Source: Podarcis tiliguerta (taxonomy: Eukaryota). From it: a DNA stretch of 64,000 nt. Below, piece after piece: positions 47,942 through 60,774 of the stretch (its first letter is position 1; each line of letters opens with the position of its first letter). The stretch is taken from assembly GCA_965153285.1 (NCBI GenBank), contig OZ229119.1, one strand, 5' to 3'. The notes beneath the pieces were generated by a model. The model did not search any database. It was not told the origin of the DNA and worked only from the letters and a program-made list of their open reading frames with translations. Both the position numbers and the translations under genes were made by a program.

Positions 47942-49587
47942 TTCAATTCTGGTACTTCAATAAAGGGGCACAATTCACTAAAAGGAACAGGAAGTGTGAA
48001 ACTGGGAAGGTTTCCTTTAAGTTTAGTTTGTTTAAACAAAAATCCACTGAGTTCAATGAAAGTTATTTTGTAGAAAATGTACCTCAGAGACAGGAATGTA
48101 CCTCAGAGACAGGGAATGAGGAGTTAAATCTAAATTTTGTACAAAGGTAATAAAATTCTAGTTGGAATTAATCATGCAAATTGTAAATCTGAATATATTC
48201 ATTTTGCCATACAAAATGAAACTAGTTTTTGTCATTAAAATTATTCTTCCCGTATGCTCACAACCACCACTGCAGAATGCTAGCATTTGAAACTAGGCAT
48301 GGATGTCTGCAACATTTCAACAGCTGCTTTCCTTGCATTGCTTCTGGGGTCGCCTGATCAGGGCTAGAAATTGACTTAGCTGTGGTTCTGAAGCCATTTC
48401 TGTCCATTTGCAGTGTGACTTGCTCTCCCAGGATCTAATTATTAGTGATTTGACAGACTCTGAAGTATAAAAGGCTCAAGTCAAATCACACCAGTGCAGC
48501 AGAAGGAGCTGACAAGCTCAGTTCAAGATTCCCAGATCATTTGTGAGAAGTCTCAGAGAAAAGGCCTCCCCATTATACAGAATAAGGTAGAGGACGAATG
48601 GTGGAAAGTGGGAGGTTTGCCGTGTTTTTGATGCAGTGAATGAATTGCCAAAGGGAGGGGAGTTGGCTTAGCATAGCCTGAGGAGCAACTTTACTCTCTG
48701 CAGATTTTTTATTTTTATTTTTTTAAAGACTAGTGGTCGAGTATTCAAAAATAGGATATTCCTTCTGTATTTCGACATGCTGCCCCCTTAGCTGACTTGT
48801 TCATACCCATAGCTCTTATGTGAAAGCGCATGAAAGGAAAAATGCAATTCCAGCGTCAAGTTTGGTGAAGGGGCTGATTCGCAGACCCAGTTTCTGGTGA
48901 CATTTCCCCCAAAGGCCCACCCGTGGCCTGGCATTGTCTTCCGAGACAGATGAATGCCAACACCAGGTTCCTGCACATTAAATGTTAGTGTATCCAAACA
49001 GAGCAAATCATGTTATTTATCATCAGGGTTTTTTATTTTAAAAAATGTGTTTACGGTCTTTCAAAACAAGTCATCCATCAGGTGGCAATATTGCTTGACT
49101 GCAGTTTTTCATACAGTTGATTGCTCCCCCATGAAAAATAAAACAAAAACTAGCATCTTCAGGAAGGCCAGGAAAAAAGCCTAGAGAGTTTCTCAAAAGA
49201 TCCTTTCAGTGCCCTATTGTGGTACATTTTCTGGAGATCAGATTTTAAAAGTATGCAAGAGAGTTCATTTCATTTATCTCTTCCCTTTCACTTTAAAAGT
49301 TTAATCTGTTTCATTTTCCATTTGCATTCATTTCTTTTTGCCCATTGATTTCAATGGGTGTATTCTGCTGCCTGGAACTTCTGTGTCTTCCAGGACTTCT
49401 GACCTGTGAAAGACTCCAATTCTAATGGGCTTTAAAAACCAAAAACAAAAACATTTTTATAAGCTTTCCTATACTTCTAGTGGGGGATTTATTTTTCTTG
49501 CATAATATCAAACTATACCCACTTAAAGTAGATCATATGGAGCTCATGAATGCATTTTGTATTTTTATAAAAGCCTAAATAAAGTAG

Positions 49588-49950
49588 GGATGGGACGTGG
49601 ATAGTGCTGTGGTCTAAACCACAGAGCCTAGGATTTGCCGATCAGAAGGTCGGTGGTTCGAATCCCAGTGACGGGGTGAACTCCCATTGCTCTGTCCCAA
49701 CTCCTGCCAACATAGCAGTTCGAAAGCCCGTCAAAGTGCAAGCAGATAAATAGGTACTGCTCCTGTGGGAAGGTAAACGGCGTTTCCATGTGCTGCTCTG
49801 GTTTGCCAGAAGTGGCTTAGTCATGCTGGCCACATGACCCGGAAGCTGTCTGCGGACAAACGCCGGCTCCCTCAGCCAGTAAAGCGAGATGAGAGCCGCA
49901 ACCCCAGAGTTGTCTGTGACTGGACCTAACGGTCAGGGGTCCCTTACCTT
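49588..49950 (+). mobile_element. Full-length Sauria SINE
   Basis: tRNA-like head with B box GGTTCGAATCC; body GGCCACATGACCCGGAAGCTG; ACCTT(T) tail; 12-bp TSD TAAATAAAGTAG at 49576-49587 and 49951-49962. Confidence 0.88.
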
Positions 49951-52251
49951 TAAATAAAGTAGACAGAGCACTGGTTTGCACCTCGCTTCCAAATGTCTAT
50001 CGTTACACCATCCCCTCTGTTTCTAATGTCTGGGCACTGAAGGCGACACATATCCCCCAAAGTACTGAGCATGCCCAGTAGCCATGGAATGCTGACTGAC
50101 GGCTGGGGCAGGTGCAGAAAAACAAGGGGAGCAGGGGAAGGGAACAGAGCAAATGGGATCCTGAAGGGGAGGCACGTCCCACTGTAACAACTGAATGGCT
50201 CATTCTGCTCGCTACTTAGATTTCTGTTCATTTCTTCCGTTTTCCTGCATTTTTAAGACCCCCAACACTTTTATATGAAAAGTATTAAGCAGTTTAATTT
50301 AACTTTTTAGTGTCTTAATTTTGTTCATTCTGTGTCCCCTGTTTCAGGAACATCTGCAGTGTTACCCCCTGCAGCCCTGCTCCCTGTGAAATTTGCTCGC
50401 TCCATGGCCAAGAAGCATTGCATATTCATAGCTCCTTTAAAAGAGCAATATTGGAATCTGCCAGGTTTCCTTACAGCTCTGCCAAGGCAGTTTCATCTCC
50501 CAGGATTCCGTAGGGAGGCCAAATTACATTTTGCCCCTGGGAAAGGCAGAGTGCCTTTCTCCCCACTCTCTTGCAGCAAAATGGTTGCTTCTCTGACCAT
50601 CCTTGGTTGCAAGGCTGCAGAGGCACATGGACTATTTAGACATTGCAGAAAAAAACACATCCTCCCAGAGACACATGAGCATCGTCATGAATTTTCCCCA
50701 ATCCTAAGGAGCCGACAGGAACAGTGTGGTGAAAATGAACAGGGATGGTCAGGTACACAGTAGCTGCATGAGATGTACTGCTGGTGGGACAAAAGTATGA
50801 CTTTTGTGTTGTGCAGGGATGTAGACTAGATGACCCTTGAGTAGATTCCATTCATGCCCTAATCCCCCCCCCCTCCAAACCTTTCAAACAAAATATAGAG
50901 GCATTGAGCCGGACTGCTATGGGTGCAGCATCTGAGAATGCCAACACAGCATGGCTTCCCCTTGCCCCCCCCCCCAGGTGATTGTGCAAGCACTGTGTCA
51001 GACTGTTACAGGAACGGGGCTCATGTGTGCACCTCCATATCTCAATGGGACTTACTCCCAGGGACGCAACTGCGACATTAAGCAGGGCAGAGTGTAGGCG
51101 TTTTGTCAGCTGATTGCAAATCTTGTCTACAGGGCTTTAGACAATTAACTTCAGCAGACTCTCTTAAAGCTAACCCATACGCATGCGCACTGCAGAGCAG
51201 TAAGTGTTCCATCGCATGAATGTTACCTCTAGGCCACGGGAGTCAGTGGTGCATGAAATCACAATTAACGGAGCAAGTGTTTTGCAAGTGAGCAGAAGCT
51301 GCTGCAAATTACCCTGCTCGATTAACTTGGGGTTTTTTTGGCAACAGCTCTGTTGAGCAACAGCCTGATGATTGCTGGACTGTGGCATGCGTTAAAAAAT
51401 CATTAATAAAGCATAATTGATTGCGAATCGTGCTTGCTTGCTTGTATGTTTTAATTGTTAATGTCACAGAAGTTGGCTGGCAACAAAAGCTGCCCCTGGC
51501 TATAAATGATTAGAATGTTTTCTGTGACAGAGACAACAGCATCTGATAGAGGCAGCTTCTCAGTTTGTCAAAGCAGCCCTGTCTCCCCATCTCAAGATGG
51601 TCCAGGTCAAATTCTGTGTGGTGCATTTTTCTTTAAGCTTGGCAGTAGGCTGAAGGGAAATTTCTTAAATCAATCACAGACATCTACTCACTGAATTTAC
51701 AATCACCATCATGTTTTCAAAATACAAGTGGAAACAATAACCAGTCAGGTCAATGTTCTCCCGGAGTCGACACAGCAACTATTTAAAAAATAATTCCCAC
51801 TTCCCTTGGTTCCCAGGAATGCTCCCACTTCATGCATGCTGAAGTAATTGGTCTTTAAAACTCGAAGGCACTTGACTCATTTTCAGGCAACCCAGGGTTA
51901 CAGCTCTCATGATCATTGGTCCATCAGTGGGTAGATTAGAGGAAAAGAGATTGGAGATAGTGCTTCCTGAGCACTAAAGAGAGAATAATCAAGCTAGGGA
52001 GAACTGAGGGAAGATAGAGCAGATAAAACATGGCAGATGCAGGTTCCCAGGAGCTAGACATAGTGATGCAAATTCTGCTTTTTAAAGCCATGCATATAAT
52101 TTTCTTTTCCTTGGAAAGTTTTTTTTAAAACGTTCATCATTTGTATTATCATTGCTCAAAAGAAAGCGTCTATCTAGTTCTGCATTCCATTTCCAAAATT
52201 AGCCAGTCAGACCCTTCTAGGAAGTCCACTTCCGCCTTAAGGAGGAGGTGG

Positions 52252-52991
52252 TGTTGTGGGCTCTCACGACCCCTCCACGTGCGCAGGGGGTGGGTGGCCA
52301 GCCCTGCGCGACTGGGGGATTCCTGGCTGCATCACTGGCCAGGCCGGCCAATCTGGTTGGTCTGGGGGTGTGGCCTGCCCCATAAAGGCAGGATGCAGTC
52401 GGGAGATCTCTCTCTTTCGGGCTTCCAGCTACTCCGGTTTTCCTACCCTCCCGCCCTTTAAGGTTTTCGTCTCTTTTGACCTTGCTTTGGACTTCAGTTG
52501 GTTGCTGTTGAGGGGCCTGGTAGGAATTTTTCCACTTGGCAAATTGGCACCAGCCACTTGGTTTTCGCCTACCTCATAGCAAATTGTCACAACTTTTTAA
52601 GGTTTGGCGGTTGGGCATTGGAATATTTCTTGAGAAGAGAAGAGGGGAGGTAGCACCATCACCTGCCCCGCATTTTGAAGGGTATTCCGTTAAAGGATTC
52701 CTGGGGGCGTGGCCCTGTCTGAAGCCTGGGGAGGTTTGGGCCAAAGGCTCCCTGGGGGAGCTCCTAATTGATGTGCATCAGCAGGACTCCCCCTACTGGT
52801 GGTTAACACTTCCCAGACTCCCTGCAGACGGACTGGAGTCAGATATAGCCAGTTAGATCCAATGCCTAATACGGCTCATCATCTGGAACCAATAAAGTTG
52901 TGGCCTTTTTTTAGCCCATTAACCTTAAATATTTGAGTCATGTGTCTTTATTCACGGGGGGGGGGGGGCGGGTTGGGACCTTGCCATGCAA
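52252..52991 (+). mobile_element. GC/CpG-rich LTR-like repeat (possibly Ngaro/DIRS-type)
   Basis: Sharp GC-rich block with CCAAT (52348), CATAAA (52381) and AATAAAGTTGTGGCC (52891). No clear TSD or TG..CA ends; family uncertain. Confidence 0.4.
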
Positions 52992-55900
52992 ACCCCCAAG
53001 CAGGGCACAAAGGCAACTGTTTGCTCCCCAGCAGCTGGTATTCAGAGGCACGCTGCCCCTGAATGTGGAGGATTTATTTAGATTACCAACCACAGATTCA
53101 CAAGTGCCCAACTGAAAACACCTAGAGCTCTATACCTTCTCTATTTAATTATAAACTCAAATTGAGAATGCTTGAAATATTCACAGACTATTCAGATCAG
53201 CTGTTTGTCAGGAAAACCAATGTATGATTGGGAAAGTAAAACTAAATAACCATTTCCTCTGCAGAGTGCGACCTTTTCTTCCATACCCATAGGAACTGGC
53301 AGGAGAGGCATTTCAAAGTGAAAAGGCGATGTTCCTATTCTCTGAAGGCAGCCAATTACTTGAAAAGTTCCTGCCTTCTTAAGTCTCTGTTACTGTTTCA
53401 CAGTTTCTTCAGGACCGATTCCAGTTCACAGGGCAAAGAAGAAAAGGTCAGCATCATGGACACCCCCCCCCCGGCTGATTTCAGGCCGACTGGCTTCTGT
53501 CTTGAAGGACACCTGCCATTTGCACTACAGTCCATGGTTTTCTGTATGAACATGAGATGCTGTTTTGAAAAAGTAACAGAGTTGCCCCTGGAATTCTGAC
53601 TAAAGTAAAATTCAATGTGTCATAATTGGTGTTTCCATCTTGGGCAAAACACCTTAAGGATTTTAACAGAAGCCAAGATAGCAGAGAGAAGGCTCTAGGT
53701 GTTTCATGAGGGGATTGAAAATATTCTCAAAACCTTAATATACACACTATTTTGAGTGTAATATAACTATGCAAATCTACTCAGAAGGAAGCCCAATTGA
53801 GTTCAGGTAAGTGTGTATGGGATTTCAGCTTTCAAAATTTAATGAACTATAGCTATCACTCATTTTCAGGTAATTTAGTTTAATTCCGTGTAACAGTAGC
53901 ACACCAAGTAAAAATGGTTTCAAAACCAAAGTAAGGCTGTCTCTCCGTCTGAGCCCAAGCAAGTGAATTTTTCCTCTCCAATTCAAGTTAACAAAAGCCT
54001 TTGTTAACAAATCTGCGATTAAGCTGTGTAGCTAACAACAACAACAAAAAAAGCTTTTGTTGATGTTTGCATATTTGGCTTCTAAAATTATGCACAAGGA
54101 TCCAGTATTTTAACTTTCAGTGAATTCATCAGCAAATCGGTTCTCCTAGTTTAGTTGCATATTTGAGTTAAAAAATCAACCCAGTTCCATGTGCAGACAT
54201 AAGGCATCCTCACGAACACACAAACCCTCTAAGTCTAGTTGAGACTTGGGGCAGACACACCAGCCTCACTCTCAACATCCTGGCACCCATTGTGCTCCCC
54301 CCTCAGTGCCTAACCTTCCCTGTGTTGTGTGTGTTGTGTAGTACCCTCCTCTGGAGGCCCTGATAAAGCAAGGAGACTACTTGAGTTCAAGAGAACATGA
54401 GTAGAACCCCCCCCCCCCCAGATATTCCCTGTGTAACACAGACAAGGTCAGGCACTGGAGGGGGGCACCATAGGTGCAACAATGTTGGGGCAGTCCTTTG
54501 TGTGCCCCTGTCCTTGTGCACACTTTGAGTGTTTGTGTGCTCAGAGGAGTGCCTGAACATGCCTACAGAATGTATAGGCTCTTAAGTTGCATTCAAGCAC
54601 ACCTTCACATAGTCAAGGGGCAACAGGGGCATCCATGTGGCACTTTCTCCAAGGTAGCACAGGTTCCTTTCCCCACATTAGGGATGAACATCTGCAGAGG
54701 GGAAACCTGTGCATATAGAGCTCTATGGATGTGGATTTCCCCCGAGCAGATGCTTCCACCACATGCATGGAGGTCAGTCTTTCAAGGAAAAATGGTTCGC
54801 TTAATTTGTATCACACAAGAATTGTGGCTTGGGCTGATACAGGTTTCCCTTGGGGTTTTATTCAAACTGCAAAACAGAAAAGAGGAGAAGTGGCTGACAA
54901 ACCATATTTTTACTATAATACACAAATGTGGAAACTTAAATATATTAACAAGTACAAAAATGAAAAGTTATTATTCTGTAATATTCCTCCTTGCTCCCTT
55001 CCAAATGACCATTAGTTGTCACTGTTTGACTCTTGTGGAATATAAAATTGTTCTCTGAGCTTGGGATCCCACTCAGTCTGAACAATGTTCTGATGTATGC
55101 CTCAGACAGATAAAAATGTAGAACCCAGCTCTTCAGTGATCTGCATAAGTCAACTTCTTATGTTTCTATGTTCACAGCTGCTTCTCACTGTGCCTTATAA
55201 ATCAAAGCACACTCAGTCATTGAATAATGCTGGTGGGGCCCAAGAATGTGTGACATTGGTCAGCAGGAACAAGCAGTTTTCACACACTATTGGTATGGTA
55301 ACAGTGTGAAAGTTCAGCAGCAGTGTCCTCCAAGGGCCACACGTATTCTTAAATTGTGCCAGGGCTGCTTCCTGGTGAAGAATTATGAGCCATCACCAGG
55401 TTTAAAAGGATGTGTTCAGAGCCTGCATCTGATCCATGGCTGCGCCCAGGTCTTTTAATGGTAAGAACAGACGTTGGAGGGATCAAGGGATGGCATTACA
55501 GAGTTGGCTTCATAAACATTTCCCATATATTGTAGCCGAGGCTTTGCAGCTACAGGAGGTCTGTGACTTCATTATAATTCCTTCTTTCCCACCAGAATTG
55601 TTATTATACATGATGCAGCAAACAATCAGAACTTCTAACATTTGCTCTTTTTATGCATAGTTTGTTCTGCTTCCCTTTGAAAACTCTGATTTGTTGAAAT
55701 TGATAGGCTTTCTCCTTCCAGCCACAAATAACATTGCCCTAGGGTTGCACGTCTCTCCACATTTCGCTCTCTTTCTAACATGGCTAATGGGCACAGAGAC
55801 AATGTTTGCTTCATATCCTGCTATAATTAGGGGGCTGAGGGCGAACCGACACATTTTGTGGTCCAGTTGTTTGTGGGGAACGGGGGAATGTTTCTTGTAA

Positions 55901-56075
55901 AGATGCCAAGGTCACTCAGCTCACATGGATCATCAAGATGCTGAAGAAGTGTTGACAGTTTATTAAAATTATAGTAAATGTGGTCTATATGGTGTCGAAG
56001 GGATAGGAGGAAAGGTTAGGTTAACACTATTAGAGCTATTGGGCTCAACAGATCCATCAATCTATTTGCATGAAA

Positions 56076-56116
<41 letters not shown>
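56076..56116. repeat. (TTA)n microsatellite
   Basis: Read directly. Confidence 0.9.
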
Positions 56117-56908
56117 GTGTGCCTGTGTTTTAAGGCTCCCTATGTAATTGCTCTGGGCTGAGCAGGGGCAAGATTGAATTTTGTGCCTATGTATGGCCCC
56201 CTTCACAGTATTGTAAAACTTGTTAGGAAGATGGCCCAGGCAAGCAGTGGGCAATGGAAGGCCGGTGTGAACAAGCCATTGGCGAAAGTCAATGCATCTT
56301 CTAGGTGTGGAAGATTAAGCTGCCTTGTTTCTTACATTTAACTTCAGGAAAGCCATGATGCAGAATGTTAGCTGTGCTTCGGTGCTGATGACAAGCATGA
56401 ACTAACGGCCTGGGCTGTCTTTTCAGACTCCCTTCCCCTTTCTTTTAAAGAAAACCAAACTACTGTGATCTCTCTCTCACTGCCCAACACTTGTCTAGTT
56501 CAAGTATGGTTTAACTTCCTAATTTAAAAGCATTGATCTCCACCTCAAGCTTGAATATACTTAAGGAAATACAACAGGCTCTTAGCAACAGCTGGCCCTA
56601 CAGTGGCCATAAGACATGTAAAGTGGTGAAAGCATACATTCATATTCACCGTATATCTCAAGAACTACAGAACAGGGAGTAAGCCTGAATATTGCAATGG
56701 AACTGTGTAGGATTATTTAACTCTTCTCTGATGCTATGGCTGTTCTGGGTGAGGTCAACATGGGCTTCCTTTAGAAAAAGAAATCCTCTTGTTTATTTCA
56801 CACCACCTCTGTGTGTTGGATCTTGTCCTTGAAAGGGAGCCATCCATGGAGCAATCAAATAATCACCTCTTAAGAAGACAATCAGCACCTCCATCTTATC
56901 TGGATTCT

Positions 56909-56975
56909 TCATAGAATCATAGAATTGTAGAGTTGGAAGGCACCCCAAGGGTCACCTAGTCTGCAATGCAGGAAA
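56909..56975 (-). mobile_element. Short CR1 tail
   Basis: TCATAGAATCATAGAATTGTAGAGTTGGAAGG is the reverse complement of the CR1 terminus at 38420-38449. Confidence 0.7.
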
Positions 56976-59357
56976 CTTTGCTAAAGTATCCATGATGGAC
57001 GGACAGTTTGTTTACTCCCATATAGCCCATCACATTCACCAGAAAACTGTTCAGCATTTTATTCCCTTTAACAAATTTACTGGGCTCGTTTGAATGAAGA
57101 CCACACTTCCCTTTCCACGTTTGATCAGAGCTGATTCTTAGGACCATTGGATTTGTGATTTTTGCACATTACGATTCCCACTCCAGAGCCACCCAGTCCT
57201 GTCCATCTGCCACCATGTGCAGAATCCAGTTTTTGGCATGCACACGAATATGTTGTTATTTCCTGCCTGGAAAAACAGATTTCTGTGTTTGGGGTCCTTC
57301 CTGCAGAGCAAGGCCCACGGAGTTCTGCTCCAAGGTCTGTCCCTGCTGGCATGACTGATTTTCATGGGTTTTTGCTGAATTCTCTCCCTGGCAGTTAACG
57401 AAGTCTGAATGCTCATTCTCCCAAAGCAGGGAACATTTAGAACTCAGGACTCATTCATGCAAAATAAGGGCATCAACACGTAAATAAACCCAACAGACAC
57501 AGATTTAAATGTCCTCTATTTATTTCCTTGCTTGGCTAGCACAACGTTGTAGGTAGTTAAAATAAATTGAGTTGGGAGATTCATGTCCATGTGTTGCTCG
57601 TTTGCTCACTTTATGTTGTACTAAAAAGCAGCCTGGAGTAGAGATTTCAGGATGATCAGGAAATCAAATTACGGTAGGTATAAGTGTTTTCTTCAGCTAC
57701 CTGCCTCCAATAATACTTTCCCAACTTTAAAATATGGGAAACAAGAATAAAGGACACCCCCCACCCGCCAACAATACTTCTTATATTTGGAAGTTATTTA
57801 ACAAGCCTCCATCACAGCTGGCAGTTTAGATCCAAAGCGAGCCTTGTCCAGACAAACCATAAATCCAACAAACAGACAATAGGACTGCAGAAACCACATG
57901 TTTAAAGCGCATTGCTTCCCCCAGCAAGCATTGCATGTATGTTCCTGTTGGCAGCAACACCTATCCCTTTGTTTGTTTGAAAGCAGAGGACCTGCTCTTG
58001 AGTGCTATGGAATTAGAAAATTCAGATATTGCCTGCTTCTTGCCCAGGACCTAGAAATGAAGGTGGGAAAAGCTGGTAGAAAAGAATTGGTTTGAACTGG
58101 GCCTGAACTGAAATTCCACCCTGCACAATCAAAAACGGCCTCCTTTTGGAGTCCTCCCTTCTTGATGTTCTGCCTCCAGAAGGAAAAAGCATTGCACCCA
58201 CATACCCAGTCATGTCACCACACCTTGTCTCAGTTTTTAAGGACATGGCATCTGATTCCATTCACAGAAATGTAGTGATGCCATAATTCATTCCAGTGTA
58301 AATCACATTTTAATGCCACCCGTATTGCTATGTATCATGTGATATGGGTGCATAGCATGTGTAACTGTGGAAGTCATTGGTGAAGGAGGAAACAGAAAAT
58401 ATGTTTTAAAAAACTGGTGAAAAGCCTTACTCCCACCCCCCACCCCCATAGTTTGATCACTGAGCTAACGTAAAATTCAACCCTATCGAATAAAGAATCA
58501 CTGCCAAAGAAACAAAATCACCATATCTTAATTCAATTAATCAAATAAACAAAATCTGTTTTACGGCATATTAAGCAAATGATGCACATCTTTTGAATGG
58601 CCTGCCTTACTTTGCCAGAAGCCAATAAATGGTTTCCAATTTCGGAACGGTCTATTATGATTCTGCCTTCCTTCTTTTAATCTAATGTAATTGGTTAGTT
58701 TTCCCATCATGGGATATTCATGCAGTTTAGCTTTCTACTCAGCAAGAGAAGAATGTAGCATAACATAATGTTGCAGCAATAATCAGGTAGGATTATTTCA
58801 TGAAGATACATTTGTAGGCTTTTGGTGTAAGTTAGCAAAAGCAACAGAAGATCTAGTTTTAGTGATGATGATGATAATTACGGTATATCCTACCCATCTG
58901 GCTGGATTTCCCCAGCCACTCTGGGTGGCTTAAAGCATATATTGAAACATAATAAAACATCAAACATTAAAAACTTCCCAATACAGAGCTGCCTTCAGAT
59001 GTCATCTAAAACTCAGTGGGACTTACTTCTGAGTAGAAATGCTTAGGATTGCAGTGTAAGCCTGCTCAGTCTTTCCCTAGTTAGTTACCTGGGAGTATGC
59101 TCCATTGATTACAGTGGGACTTACTTCTGAGTAGACATGCAAAGCCTTGCAGTGTAAGGCTCCATTTACAATAAAGGAATCAACACACTGTGCTTCCTAA
59201 GAAATGGCTGACTGCTGAAGCATTGTAATTAAATAATTTAAAGTGGATTGGTGACATTTTCCTTCAAAATTATAGGAAGGGTTTCATATGTCAGCTTCAC
59301 TCTTTTCTTCATTTAGTACAGGTATTTTATTGTCAGTATAAACAGGACTTTTTCACC

Positions 59358-59358
<1 letters not shown>

Positions 59359-59395
<37 letters not shown>
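59359..59395. repeat. (CA)n microsatellite
   Basis: Read directly. Confidence 0.9.
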
Positions 59396-59398
<3 letters not shown>

Positions 59399-59410
59399 CA
59401 CTTTTAATTA

Positions 59411-59652
59411 CAGTGTTACGTTGGGTTACAGACGCTTCAGGTTACAGACGCTTCAGGTTACAGACTCCGCTAACACAGAAATATTACTTTGGGTTAAGAA
59501 CTTTGCTTCAGGATGAGAACAGAAATCGGGCTCCAGCAGCGCGGCGGCAGCAGGAGGCCCTATTAGCTAAAGTGGTGCTTCAGGTTAAGAACAGTTTCGG
59601 GTTAAGTACAGACCTCCGGAACGAATTAAGTTCTTAACCCGAGGTACCACTG
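59411..59652. mobile_element. Second copy of the same MITE family
   Basis: TA|CAGTG...GAGGTACCACTG|TA. Shares CAGACTCCGCTAA, ATTAGCTAAAGTGGTGCTTCAGGTTAAGAACAGTTTC and GACCTCCGGAACGAATTAAG with the 29092 copy. Confidence 0.8.
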
Positions 59653-60774
59653 TATTCTCTGAGATGTGGAGGGGAGGAAAAAGGAAAAGTGGGACATTCT
59701 GGGATCAAATCAGAAACCGGGATGGCTTCTGTAATTCCAGGACTGTCCCTGGAAAATCAGGACACTTGGAAGGTATGATTTTGTGCTAGCACCCACAAAT
59801 CCTTTGGAAAATTTCAAGTGTGCCAACAGACCCACAAGGTTGGTGGCCCCAAAGGGCTACTCTCCAGAGTTTCAAGAAGGATTATTTCCCCTGAAGATGG
59901 CAATGATGGAACCCAGGACCTTCTGCACACAAAATATTTGCTCTGCTATTGAGCTCTCGCTCTTCTCCAGTTTTTCCAGTTTACAGAACTGGCTGTTGTT
60001 TCCGCTAGCATGTTATTGCATGTTCACTCTACGGAAGTCAGAGTTAGGTTATATTAACAAAATGAAAAACTTTGGAACAGTGACGTGATTTTTTTAGTGG
60101 TTGATTTTCAGGATAAAAACATCTTCTTTGGGCAGAATCAAAGTTCCTGCAGAAAGGTGAGCCACCCATCAAAAAACAAACATTGCCTTTTGCACTACAG
60201 ATGTACAGCACAATCCATCTATTTCTCTTGGCAAGCACTTTCTTGCGCAGCAGCAGGGCTGGGTGTGGAGATATATTGGCTGTTCATTGTGTTGTTGTCT
60301 CAGTTACTGATAACTGGCTTTGGGTACATTTCTAAACCATTTCAAAAGAGGCAATTTGCAGATGGGAAAGGAATGTGGATTCTGCATGGTGAACATTTTA
60401 TCTCCTGTTTCACCTTCTTCCCAATCACTACAGAGTGTGTGTGTGTGTCCATTTTTGTGAAAAGCAAAGGTTTCATGAAACAAGAATCCGCATTGTGATT
60501 TTGCACTATTTTGAAGCAAGTTACTTGTTTTCCTGTGTGAAAGTGTGTGAGGGAACATTCCCCAGTGAGAGATATACAAACTATGACAATTTTGTTTATG
60601 AAATAATTTTATGGTTTGATGCTACTGTAAAATCAATTCTACAAGATTTTGATATGACAAAAATGGGTGATTAATTCTTGATTGTACTGAGGTTTTTGGA
60701 TATTTATATCAGAGCTTCAAGGGGTTTAAGGCAGTGCTTTTGAACTACAGTAATCCTGTGAGGTAGATAAGACT

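Noticed and set aside
51230-51440. TAAT-rich, CpG-retaining stretch as a conserved enhancer (similar at about 27900-28150)
   Set aside because: Plausible, but it cannot be supported without a cross-species alignment.
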